Assembly (NCBI GenBank): GCA_016235455.1
Contig: JACRKZ010000079.1
Location: forward strand, 1 to 64,000
Direction of reading: 5' to 3'
Length of the DNA stretch: 64,000 nucleotides
Source: Armatimonadota bacterium
GTDB taxonomy: Bacteria > Armatimonadota > UBA10988
The notes under the pieces are model-generated. The model saw nothing but the letters and a program-made list of their open reading frames with translations. It had not been told where the DNA came from and made no database searches. Below are positions 17,089-26,480 of the stretch, piece by piece. Numbering within the stretch: position 1 is the stretch's first letter; each line of letters opens with the position of its first letter. A program made the translations under genes and the position numbers.

Positions 17089-19970
17089 ACGCCGCGCGGT
17101 CCGCCGCCTGGCTGGCGCTCCTCCTGGCCACCAACGCCTCCGGCGCGGTGCTGGAGAACCGCGCGTTGCGCCTGGAGTTCGATGAGGCACGCGGCAGCTA
17201 CCGCCTGCTGCGGCTGCCCGACCGCGCCGTCGCGCTCGACGGCGCCGCCTTTGAGGTGGCCGGCCTGGCCTCGACCGATGCCGGGCGCGGCACTACGGCG
17301 ACCGTCGGCAGCGACGGGACGAGCCGCGTGCTGCGCGTCGAGAGCCGCCAGGCTGGCCAGCCCACGCTGCTGTTCGAAGCGCGCCTGGCCGGTGACGAGC
17401 CCTACCTCACCTTGCGTGCCGGCCTGCGCAACGATCGCTCCGAACGGCGCGTGCTCAGCTACCGACCGCTGGCCGCCGCGCAGTTCTGGCCCGGGGCCGC
17501 CAAGCAGCGCTGGCAAACGCTCAACGCCCCGTCGGGCGCCAACCAGTCGCGCGTCGACACCGCTCGCCTGGCCAGCAGCACCAACAACCTGCTGGCCACG
17601 TTCATCCAGGACGACCAGCGCCGCTCACTGGTGCTCGGCGGGCTGCGCACGGATTCGTACCTCAAGACCGCCTACCTCGGGCCCGGCGGCGGCCAGCTCG
17701 GTCAGCGGCGCGCGCAACTCGCCGCTGCTGTGCCGGGCGCCAGGCTGGTGGCCTACCTCGACTGCGGCGGCTCGGCCTGGAGCGACGGCCCCAAGCTGGG
17801 CGTCGAGCAGGGCCAGAGCCACACCTGGCCCGCGAGCGAGGCGCCCGGCGTGTTCGCCTCGGTGGCTTTCCACGAGCAGGCCGTGGTGCTGCGTGCGACG
17901 GGCCTGAACCCCGCGCGGCGCTACGCCGTCGGCCTATCGTGGTGGGACTGGGATGCCAACGGCCGGGCGCAGAGCGTGCGGCTGGGCGAGCGCCTGGTCA
18001 TCGACAAGCGCGCCCTGCCCCAGAGCCGCGGTCGCGGCCAGGCGCCGCAGGAACTGGCGTTACCCGTGCCGGCCGATCAGATCACCGGCAGCGCGCTGAC
18101 CGTGCGCGTCAGCAACGAGGCGCAGGTACCCAACGCGGTAGTCTGCGAGGCGTGGCTCTATGACCTGGGTGATGCTAGTCTGCCGGCCGACCTCGTCGCC
18201 GGCCGGCCTTATGTCGGCGCGCAGCCGGATACCGAACCGCTGGCCGAACTGGAGGGCAGCGACCCCGTGGGCCAGCGCGTGAAGCCCAACGCCCTGTTCT
18301 GGCCTGACGACACCTACTACGTCGACGCGCTGACCAGTGATCCGTTTGAGGCGCTGGAGCGCTACGGACGCGTGCTGCGCGCGGCCACCGGCGCCAACCC
18401 TACGCCGTACGACTTCCCCACGGTGTGCGCCTGGTATGCCGGGGTGTGGAAGACGCCCGGCGCCCAGAACCACCCCGAGAAGAGCACCTACGCCATCGCC
18501 ACCACGGCCGGGCTGGTCGACGAGGCCGAGCAATCGAAGCGTCGCGGCTGGCTGAATTACAGCCGCGTGGCTGGTCGGCTGGTGCCCGACAACTACACCG
18601 CCGACAACCCTCAAGGCTGGTGGGATGACGCGCACTGGCGGTCGCAAGGCTTCTACACCAAGCCGTACGACACCTCGGCGCTGTGGGGCAAGGCGGTGCA
18701 GGCGCGCGGCGCTCTGGCTTTCACTTACTTCCAGTCGGCCGGCTCGTTCCTGTCCGCCGATTTTGCCAAGGCGCATCCCGAGCTGCTGATCCCCGGCCGC
18801 AAGTGCCTGGATCTCACGCTGCCGGCCACGCAGGCGCACCTGCGCCGCGTCTACGCCAACCTGCGCGGCAATGTGTCGGGCATGATGTTCGACTACTGCG
18901 ACGAGTTCTGGGCCAACGACTGCTCCCACGGCGGGTGGAAAGACCCCAACGTGACCGCCACGGCCTACTACCGCCGGTTCCTTAAGGCCGCCAAGGACGG
19001 CCTGGGCCCGGGCAGCTGGATCCACGAACGCGCCGTGCAGAACCCGCCGGCCGATCTGGCGCTGGGGCTGGTCGATTCACAGCGCACCAGCTGGGATACC
19101 GACAAGATCGACCCGGCCATGATCGCCCGCAGCGGCCTGCGCTGGTACAAGAACCGCATGGTGCTGGCCTACGACATGGACTCCAAGGAGCTGACCAGCG
19201 CCTGGAAGACGCCCGCCTGGCGCGGCAACGATACGGACGGACGGCGCATGTTGCTGACCATGGCCTACGTCGCCGCCAGCCGCCTGCTGCTGGCCAACTC
19301 GCTGCGCGACCTGGCACCCGAGACCTGGCACGACCTGTCGCGCACCTTCCCCTATCCAACCGAGGCGCGCCCGTCGGCCCGGCCGGTGGATGCCTTCAGC
19401 CAGCCTGGCTGGCCGCATGTCTACGACCTGGAGGTCTCGCCCGACTGGCACTGGCTCGTGCTGCACAACCACGATGAGCCGCAGGCCGAACGGACCCTGA
19501 CCGTGCCGCTGTGCGGCGCACGAGTCGACGGCGCGCTCGGTCTCGATCCGCGCCGGACATGGTATGCTTACGACTTCTGGAACGCTTGTTCGCTTGGCAA
19601 GCTGCCGGCGGGCGGCACGTTGAGCCAGACTCTGCGGCCGGGCGAGGCGCGAGTCATCGCGTTGCACGCGGTGGAGGCCAACCCGCAGGTGCTGGCGACG
19701 GATCGGCACCTGAGCCAGGGCCAGTGGGACTTGGTCGGGCGGCCAAGCTGGGACGCGGCGCGAGCCACGCTGCGTGGCGCGAGCCGCGTCGTGGGCGGTG
19801 AGCCGTACCGCGTGGTACTGGCGGGCAATGGCCGGACGCCGGTGAGCGCAACGGTGGGCCGGCTGGCGGCGCGCGCGGATGGGTTGTGGGAGTTGGTCAT
19901 TGAGCGGCCGGAGAACGGTGTTGTGCCGTGGGCGGTGGGGTTTGGCGCGGCGCCGCCAGCAGCGAGATAG
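17085..19970 (+). CDS. Secreted glycoside hydrolase, alpha-galactosidase-like (clan GH-D-like)
   Basis: Signal peptide; 'LDLTLP', 'GMMFDY' (putative nucleophile), 'QRTSWDT', C-terminal 'YDFWN...LRPGEARVIAL...PQVLATDRHLSQG'. Confidence 0.65.
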   Translation: MNAARSAAWLALLLATNASGAVLENRALRLEFDEARGSYRLLRLPDRAVALDGAAFEVAGLASTDAGRGTTATVGSDGTSRVLRVESRQAGQPTLLFEARLAGDEPYLTLRAGLRNDRSERRVLSYRPLAAAQFWPGAAKQRWQTLNAPSGANQSRVDTARLASSTNNLLATFIQDDQRRSLVLGGLRTDSYLKTAYLGPGGGQLGQRRAQLAAAVPGARLVAYLDCGGSAWSDGPKLGVEQGQSHTWPASEAPGVFASVAFHEQAVVLRATGLNPARRYAVGLSWWDWDANGRAQSVRLGERLVIDKRALPQSRGRGQAPQELALPVPADQITGSALTVRVSNEAQVPNAVVCEAWLYDLGDASLPADLVAGRPYVGAQPDTEPLAELEGSDPVGQRVKPNALFWPDDTYYVDALTSDPFEALERYGRVLRAATGANPTPYDFPTVCAWYAGVWKTPGAQNHPEKSTYAIATTAGLVDEAEQSKRRGWLNYSRVAGRLVPDNYTADNPQGWWDDAHWRSQGFYTKPYDTSALWGKAVQARGALAFTYFQSAGSFLSADFAKAHPELLIPGRKCLDLTLPATQAHLRRVYANLRGNVSGMMFDYCDEFWANDCSHGGWKDPNVTATAYYRRFLKAAKDGLGPGSWIHERAVQNPPADLALGLVDSQRTSWDTDKIDPAMIARSGLRWYKNRMVLAYDMDSKELTSAWKTPAWRGNDTDGRRMLLTMAYVAASRLLLANSLRDLAPETWHDLSRTFPYPTEARPSARPVDAFSQPGWPHVYDLEVSPDWHWLVLHNHDEPQAERTLTVPLCGARVDGALGLDPRRTWYAYDFWNACSLGKLPAGGTLSQTLRPGEARVIALHAVEANPQVLATDRHLSQGQWDLVGRPSWDAARATLRGASRVVGGEPYRVVLAGNGRTPVSATVGRLAARADGLWELVIERPENGVVPWAVGFGAAPPAAR

Positions 19971-20008
19971 AATGAGGGAGAGTGGCCGGCGCGCCGCGGA
20001 GTTGCGAC

Positions 20009-20260
20009 ATGGCTAGCGTTACCCTGGAACTCAGACCGGAGATGCTCTCGGCGTTGCGGCTCGACCCAGTGGCCTTCGTCGCCGAGATGCGGGTGGCGGC
20101 CGCCGCGAAGTGGTACGAACTCGGGCGCCTGTCGCAGGCCAAGGCAGCCGAAGTGGCCGGCCTGAGCCGCGTCGAGTTCCTGGCTGCGCTGGACAACTAC
20201 GGCGTCACGGCCTTCCAGTCCGATGCCGAGGAACTCATCGCCGAGGTGGAGCGTGGCTGA
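20009..20260 (+). CDS. UPF0175 family putative antitoxin
   Basis: 'EMRVAAAAKWYELGRLSQAKAAEVAGLSRVEFL'. Confidence 0.9.
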   Translation: MASVTLELRPEMLSALRLDPVAFVAEMRVAAAAKWYELGRLSQAKAAEVAGLSRVEFLAALDNYGVTAFQSDAEELIAEVERG

Positions 20261-20747
20261 CCGCTGGGTCGTGAACGCCTCGCCGCTCATCGCGCTGGCC
20301 CGCGTGGGCTGTGCCGAGTGGCTCTCCCAGCTTGCCGACGAGGTCGTGGTGCCCGCGGCGGTCAAGGCGGAGATCGACGCCGGCCCGGCTGATCCGGCCA
20401 GACAGGTGCTGAGCGCGGGCCTGTTCACCATCATCGATGCGCCGCCGCCGTCGACGGCCATCCTGGGCTGGGATCTGGGCGCCGGTGAGACGGCGGTGCT
20501 GGCGGTCGTACAGGCCGACCCATCGTGGACCGCGGTGTTGGACGACCGTACCGCTCGTCGCTGCGCCGCCTCGTTGGGCGCCCGTGTCCTGGGCACGCTG
20601 AGCATCGTGGTGAGAGCACGTCAGGCCGGCCTGACGGACTCGGCCGCCAGCGTGCTGCGGGCCATCCGCGCAAATGGCTTCCGCCTCGACGACGCCGTGA
20701 TCGCGCCGTTCCTGCGCACGGCCGTCGGCGAGGAATGGACCGGCTGA
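20253..20747 (+). CDS. DUF3368 PIN-domain protein (putative toxin)
   Basis: 'VVNASPLIAL', 'LGAGETAVL', 'VLDDRTARRCA', 'GTLSIV'. GTG start overlaps the antitoxin stop. Confidence 0.9.
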   Translation: MADRWVVNASPLIALARVGCAEWLSQLADEVVVPAAVKAEIDAGPADPARQVLSAGLFTIIDAPPPSTAILGWDLGAGETAVLAVVQADPSWTAVLDDRTARRCAASLGARVLGTLSIVVRARQAGLTDSAASVLRAIRANGFRLDDAVIAPFLRTAVGEEWTG

Positions 20748-23700
20748 TGCCCGTGGTACGCGAACCGGCCATGCCCGACCCCCTGGCCAACTTCGACCCC
20801 GTCATCGCCGACTGGTTCGCGGCGCGCTACGGCACGCCCACGGACATCCAAGCCCTGGCCTGGCCGGTCATCGCGCGAGGCGAGCATGTGCTGCTCTCGG
20901 CGCCCACGGGCAGCGGCAAGACGCTGACCGCCTTTCTCTACGCCCTCGACCGCCTGCTGACCGGTGCCTGGGCCGGCGGCGGCGTGCGCGTGCTCTACAT
21001 CTCGCCCCTCAAGGCGCTGAACAACGACATCCGCCGCAACCTCACCGAGCCGCTGGCCGCGCTGACCGAGCGCATGGTCGACCAGGGCCTGGAGCCACCG
21101 CTGGTCCGCGTCGAAACGCGCAGCGGCGACACGCCCGCGGCCGACCGCAGGCGGCTGCTCAAGAAGCCCCCCGAGATCTTGATCACCACGCCCGAGAGCC
21201 TTAACCTGCTGCTCTCGTCGGAGGCCGGGCGCAAGCTGTTCGGCGGGCTGCAGACGCTCATTCTCGACGAGATCCATGCCGTCGCCGACAGCAAACGCGG
21301 CACGCACCTGATGACCGCCGTGGAGCGGTTGACGCTGGTCGCCGGCGAGTTCCAGCGGGTCGCTCTGTCGGCCACGGTGCGGCCCATGGAAACCATCGCC
21401 GCCTACGTGGGCGGCTACACCTTCGACGGCCAGACCCATCGGCCCCGACCCATGCGCATCCTCTCCGCGCCGGGCGCCAAGGAGTACGCGGTACGGGTGC
21501 GCTGCCCCGACCGCGGCACGACGCTGGAGCCGGGCGACTGGTGGCGTCATCTGGGCCGCACCATTCGCGAGGCCATCGACGCCAACCAGAGCACGCTGGT
21601 CTTCGTCAACAGCCGCCGCTCGGCCGAGAAGCTGGCGCTGCTGCTCAACGAGAACGAGCCCGAGCCGCTGGCCTGGCCGCATCACGGCTCGCTGTCGCGC
21701 GAGACGCGCGAGGTGGTCGAGGCGCGGCTCAAGCGCGGCGAACTGCGCGCCATCGTAGCCACGGGCTCGCTGGAACTGGGCATCGATGTCGGCGCCCTGG
21801 ACGAGGTACTGCTGGTGGAGACGCCGTTCGGCGTGGCGCAGACGCTGCAACGGCTCGGCCGCGCCGGCCACGGTGTAGGCCAGACAAGCCGCGGGCTGTT
21901 CATTTCGCCCAGCGGACGTGACCTGCTGCTGGCGGTGGTCATGAGCCAGTGCGTGGCCAACCGCGACCTGGAAGCGCTGCAGCCGCCGTCAGCGCCGCTG
22001 GACGTGCTGGCGCAGGTGATCATCGGCGTCTGCGCACAGCAGACATGGGATGTGGAGGACCTGTTCGACTGGCTGCGCTGCTGCTGGAGCTACCACACGC
22101 TTAGCCGGCGGGCCTTCGACCTGGTCGTCGAGATGCTTGCCGGCCGGTACGAGCACACGCGGCTCACCGCGCTGGCACCGCGCATCCACCTCGACCGACT
22201 GACCGGCACGGTGACCGCGCGCGAGGACGGGGTGCGCTATGTGCGTACCCAGGGCGGCACCATCCCCGACCGCGGGTACTTCACACTGCGCGTGGCCGAC
22301 AGCCATGCCAAGCTGGGCGAGTTGGACGAGGAGTTCGTCTGGGAGCGCCGCCTGGGCGATGTGTTCAACCTGGGCGCGCAGACCTGGCGCATCGAGGGCA
22401 TCACGCACAATGATGTGCTCGTGCGGCCCAGCACCAAGGCGGCCATGGCGCCCTTCTGGAAGGCCGAGGACAGCGACCGCGACAGCCACTATGCAAGCCG
22501 CGTGGGCGAGTTCCTGGAACTGGCCAACCAACGCCTGGACGATCCCGAGCTGGCCGACTGGCTGGCCGGGCAAGGCCCGCTCGACGCTGGCGCCGCCGAG
22601 TCCCTGGCCGCCTACCTGCGCAGCCAGCGCGGCGCCACGGGCTGCGACCTGCCCCATCGCCACCACGTGCTCATCGAGACCGTGGAGGACGTCGACGCCG
22701 AGGCAGACTCCACCCAGCTCATGATCCACACCACCTGGGGTGGTCGCGTCAACCGGCCCTATGGCGTCGCGCTGGCCGCCGCGTTCGTCGAGCGTTGGGG
22801 CGAGGCGCCGCAGGTCAGTGCCGGCAACGATGGGGTCCTGCTGATCACGCCGTTCGCCGTGGACCCCGCGGAGCTGATGGCGCTGGTGGAGCCTGAGCAC
22901 ATCGAGCCACTCCTGCGATCGCAGCTGGAGCGCAGCGGCTACTTCGGCGCGCGCTTCCGCGAAAACGCCGGCCGCGCCTTGCTTCTGGCCCGCGGCACAC
23001 CGCGCCGGCGCATGCCGCTGTGGCTCAGCCGCCAGCGCTCCAAACAGCTGCTTGAGCAGGTCAGCGAGTTGGAGGACTTCCCGGTCATCGTCGAGACCTG
23101 GCGCACCTGCTTGCAGGACGGGTTCGACCTGCCCGTGCTGCGCGAGCGGCTGCATGAACTGCGCGACGGCGCCATCGACTGGTCGAGCTGCACCAGCCTG
23201 GCACCCTCGCCGTTCGCCTCGGGTCTGGCCTGGCGGCAGGTCAACAAGCTCATGTACGAGGACGATACGCCGCTGGGCGGACGCGCCTCGCTCACCGACA
23301 CGCTGCTGCGGGAGCTGATCTTCACGCCCGAGTTGCGGCCCACGCTGCCCGAGGCGCTCTGCGCCGAGTTCACGGCCAAGCTCCAGCGCACCTGGCTGGG
23401 CTATGCGCCAGGCTCGGCGGCCGAACTGGCGGATCTGGTTCGCGACCGCTGGCTGCTGGGAGCCGACGAATGGCACACGCTGCTGGAGGCCATGCGCCGT
23501 GACCACGCGCTGGCCGAGCAAGACCTCTGCGCTGAGCTGGCGCCGCGACTGCTGTGGGTGACGCCGCCCGGTGGCCAGCCGATGGTCGTGGCGCTGGAGA
23601 ACCTGCCACGCCTGCTGGCCGCCGGCGGCTCGGGCGACTGGGCCTCGTGCTCGCTGGTTGACGATCAGCCCGCGCCGTCGCTGGATGCCGACGCGTTCGC

Positions 23701-25117
23701 GCGGCTGGCGCCCGACGACGAAGACGACCCGCTGGTCGATGTGCTCACCGGCTGGCTGGCCTACTATGCGCCCGTGCCGCTCGAACGGCTCGCCGCTGCG
23801 CTGGGCTTGCCGGCGAGCGAGTTACTGGAGACCGCCGAGGAACTGGCCGAGGAGCAGTTGCTGGTCATCGACCGGCTCACCGAGCGCGCCGCCGGCCCGC
23901 AGGTGTGCACCGCCGAGAACCTGGACCGCCTGTTGCGCCTGGCCCGCCGCGCGCGCACGCCGAGCCTGCAGCCGCGCCCGCTGCGTGACGCGCCGCTGTG
24001 GCTGGCCCAGCGCCAGGGGCTGACCCGGCCCGCCGACAGCGCCGAGGGGCTGGCTGAGCCGCTCGGCCGCCTCAGCGGCTGGTCGGCGCGGCGCGACGAC
24101 TGGGAGGCCGAGCTGCTGCCGGCCCGAGCCGCCGGCTATCAACCGGGCTGGCTGGACAAGCTCGTCGCCGACGGCACCGCCATCTGGCTCGGCACGGGCG
24201 CCGATCGTCTCACCTGGCTGGTGCCCGACCTGCTCGATGTGGTCCGCGCCGAAGCCCCACCCGCGCCCGACTGGCTGCCCGCGCGCGGCCGCCATGCGGC
24301 GGCCGATCTCGGGCTTGAGGAGCCCGAGGTCGGTTTGTGGGAGGCGGCCTGGGCCGGCAGCATCACCTGCGACAGCGCCGCCGTGCTCCGCCGACGCGGC
24401 GCGGCCACGCGGCCCGCACCGGTGCGCAAGCCGCGCCTGGCGCCCGGCTGGTGGAAGGGCGTGGCGCCCAGCGGCCCGCACTGGTACCGCCTGCCCGACC
24501 CGCCCAGCCACGATGTGCTCGACCAGATCGAGTTGGAGAAGGACCGGGTCAGGCTGCTGATCGAGCGCTACGGCGTGGTCTGTCGCGAGTTCTGCCGCGA
24601 CGAGCCGACCGCGCTGCGCTGGGGCGCCGTGTTCCGCGCGGCGCGGCTCATGGAGCTCAGCGGCGAGTTGGTCGCCGGCCTGTTCTTTGAGGGTTTGTCG
24701 GGCCCGCAGTTCACCACGCCCCAGCTCCTGGCCCAACTCGCGGGCCGGCTGGATGAAGATGCGATCTACTGGCTCGGCGCCACCGACCCGGCCAGCCTGT
24801 GTGGCGCGGGCCTGGCCGACCTGGGTCTGCCCGAGCGACGCGCCAGCAACCACCTCGTCTACCACGGCACGCAGCTCGTGCTGACCATCCGCCGCGGCGG
24901 CAAGGACCTGGCGTTCGCCGTGCCGCCCGATGCGCCGCGGCTCGACGAGTACCTGATTGCACTCGGTGCATTGCTGGCCGGCAGCACACGCGGCAGCCTG
25001 ATTGTCGAGCACATCAACGACGAGCCGGTCCGGCAGAGCCCCTTCCTGCCCGCGCTGAGCCGCCGCTTCCGCGTCGACGCTGGGCCAGAGACCATCCGGC
25101 TGTGGCGGGCCACGTGA
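20747..25117 (+). CDS. lhr: Lhr-like ATP-dependent DEAD/DEAH-box helicase
   Basis: Walker A 'APTGSGKT', 'YISPLKALNND', 'LDEIH', 'LSAT', 'HHGSLS', 'SLELGID', 'QRLGRAGH', 'GGTIPDRG', 'GELDEEFVWE', plus a long C-terminal extension ('RYGVV', 'ATDPA'). Confidence 0.92.
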   Translation: MPVVREPAMPDPLANFDPVIADWFAARYGTPTDIQALAWPVIARGEHVLLSAPTGSGKTLTAFLYALDRLLTGAWAGGGVRVLYISPLKALNNDIRRNLTEPLAALTERMVDQGLEPPLVRVETRSGDTPAADRRRLLKKPPEILITTPESLNLLLSSEAGRKLFGGLQTLILDEIHAVADSKRGTHLMTAVERLTLVAGEFQRVALSATVRPMETIAAYVGGYTFDGQTHRPRPMRILSAPGAKEYAVRVRCPDRGTTLEPGDWWRHLGRTIREAIDANQSTLVFVNSRRSAEKLALLLNENEPEPLAWPHHGSLSRETREVVEARLKRGELRAIVATGSLELGIDVGALDEVLLVETPFGVAQTLQRLGRAGHGVGQTSRGLFISPSGRDLLLAVVMSQCVANRDLEALQPPSAPLDVLAQVIIGVCAQQTWDVEDLFDWLRCCWSYHTLSRRAFDLVVEMLAGRYEHTRLTALAPRIHLDRLTGTVTAREDGVRYVRTQGGTIPDRGYFTLRVADSHAKLGELDEEFVWERRLGDVFNLGAQTWRIEGITHNDVLVRPSTKAAMAPFWKAEDSDRDSHYASRVGEFLELANQRLDDPELADWLAGQGPLDAGAAESLAAYLRSQRGATGCDLPHRHHVLIETVEDVDAEADSTQLMIHTTWGGRVNRPYGVALAAAFVERWGEAPQVSAGNDGVLLITPFAVDPAELMALVEPEHIEPLLRSQLERSGYFGARFRENAGRALLLARGTPRRRMPLWLSRQRSKQLLEQVSELEDFPVIVETWRTCLQDGFDLPVLRERLHELRDGAIDWSSCTSLAPSPFASGLAWRQVNKLMYEDDTPLGGRASLTDTLLRELIFTPELRPTLPEALCAEFTAKLQRTWLGYAPGSAAELADLVRDRWLLGADEWHTLLEAMRRDHALAEQDLCAELAPRLLWVTPPGGQPMVVALENLPRLLAAGGSGDWASCSLVDDQPAPSLDADAFARLAPDDEDDPLVDVLTGWLAYYAPVPLERLAAALGLPASELLETAEELAEEQLLVIDRLTERAAGPQVCTAENLDRLLRLARRARTPSLQPRPLRDAPLWLAQRQGLTRPADSAEGLAEPLGRLSGWSARRDDWEAELLPARAAGYQPGWLDKLVADGTAIWLGTGADRLTWLVPDLLDVVRAEAPPAPDWLPARGRHAAADLGLEEPEVGLWEAAWAGSITCDSAAVLRRRGAATRPAPVRKPRLAPGWWKGVAPSGPHWYRLPDPPSHDVLDQIELEKDRVRLLIERYGVVCREFCRDEPTALRWGAVFRAARLMELSGELVAGLFFEGLSGPQFTTPQLLAQLAGRLDEDAIYWLGATDPASLCGAGLADLGLPERRASNHLVYHGTQLVLTIRRGGKDLAFAVPPDAPRLDEYLIALGALLAGSTRGSLIVEHINDEPVRQSPFLPALSRRFRVDAGPETIRLWRAT

Positions 25118-25427
25118 GTTTCGGCTCACGCTACCGCGCGCGCCATACGCCAGAACTAGTTGAGCTGGTCCAGACGCCTGCTTGAGGCATGCTTGCCGTG
25201 GGCCAAGCGCACCCGATCGCGACGGTCTGCGCGCTGTCCGGGACCGGCGCCTGCGTCACGACAGCCGGGCGGCAGGCGAGCTGTCCTCGCCCGGAAGCGA
25301 CACCGTGCTGCTGCGGCACGCTCTTGCGCGCCGGCCTTGCCCGGCGGCTCGAGCGGCTACCGCCGGTCGGCGATCCTACACCCGTACGCCTGAACGTGCT
25401 ATCTTCTGAGCCTTCGGAGGACAGCCC

Positions 25428-26348
25428 ATGAAGTTGCAGCGCGTCGGCTCCGGGCCGGTGTTGACCCCGCGTGCCGAGGTGGCGTGGGAGAAGAACGCGG
25501 TGCTCAACACCGCCGCCATCGAGGTGAACGGTGTCACCCATCTGTTCTACCGCGCCGTGGCGCACAATCCCGGCGACCCCAACCGCTCGGTCATCGGCCA
25601 TGCCTGGAGCGAGGACGGCATCCACTTCGACCGCGCGGCCGAGCCCGTGCTGTGGAGCGCGACCTGCCCCGAAGACGCCCAGGGCGTCGAGGACCCGCGC
25701 ATCACGCTGCTCGACGGCCTCTACTACCTGACCTACACCGCCTACGACGGCAGCCGCACGCTGTCCTCGCTGGCGGTCTCCACCGACCTGGTGCACTGGG
25801 AACGGCGCGGCACGCTGCTGCCCTTCGAGCCGTTCGGCAGCAACAAGAACAGCGCGCTCTTCCCCGAGAAGATCGGCGGCCGTTACTGCCTGCTGCACCG
25901 CCCGATGGGTGGCGCCACCGGCACCTACGAGCCCAACCAGGTCTACGGCTGCTACTCGGACGACGTGAAGACCTTCGACAGCCATCGCGTGCTGCTGCCC
26001 GCGCGGCGCGGCCAGATCGACTGGGAGTACACCAAGAACGGCATCGGCGGCTCACCGCATCGCGTCGACGAGGGCTGGCTGCTGGTCTATCACGCGGTCG
26101 ACGCCAAGATGGTCTACCGCCTGGGCCTGGCCCTGCTCGACGCCGACGACCCGTTCCGCATCCTGAAGCAGACGGACGAGCCCATCCTCCAGCCCGAGGT
26201 CGGCTGGGAGATCGAGGGTGACGTGAACAACGTCGTCTTCACCTGCGGCAGCATCCTGCGCGGCACCGAGCTGTCGGTCTACTACGGCGGCGCCGATACC
26301 GTCATCGGGCTGGCCCGCGGCGACGTCAGCGAGTTTCTACGCGGGTAG
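25428..26348 (+). CDS. GH130 family glycosidase/phosphorylase
   Basis: 'VLNTAAI', 'LFYRA', 'GVEDPRIT', 'YLTYTAYDG', 'NKNSALFPEKIGG', 'GDVNNVVFTCG', 'YYGGADT'. Confidence 0.9.
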   Translation: MKLQRVGSGPVLTPRAEVAWEKNAVLNTAAIEVNGVTHLFYRAVAHNPGDPNRSVIGHAWSEDGIHFDRAAEPVLWSATCPEDAQGVEDPRITLLDGLYYLTYTAYDGSRTLSSLAVSTDLVHWERRGTLLPFEPFGSNKNSALFPEKIGGRYCLLHRPMGGATGTYEPNQVYGCYSDDVKTFDSHRVLLPARRGQIDWEYTKNGIGGSPHRVDEGWLLVYHAVDAKMVYRLGLALLDADDPFRILKQTDEPILQPEVGWEIEGDVNNVVFTCGSILRGTELSVYYGGADTVIGLARGDVSEFLRG

Positions 26349-26380
26349 AGCTCTACCTTGGTAGCGTGGTAGAAGAGCCG

Positions 26381-26469
26381 AGGCAGCCCCCACCGCAGCC
26401 CTACCCGCGAGCGGCGAGGGAGTCGAGACACCGTCCCCGCGCTCGCGGGGGGACTACGGGGGGCTGCCT
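26381..26469. repeat. Long imperfect inverted repeat (REP-like) between convergent genes
   Basis: AGGCAGCCCCCACCGCAGCCCTACCCGCGAGCG pairs with CGCTCGCGGGGGGACTACGGGGGGCTGCCT. Confidence 0.7.
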
Positions 26470-26480
26470 GCCAGCCCGGC

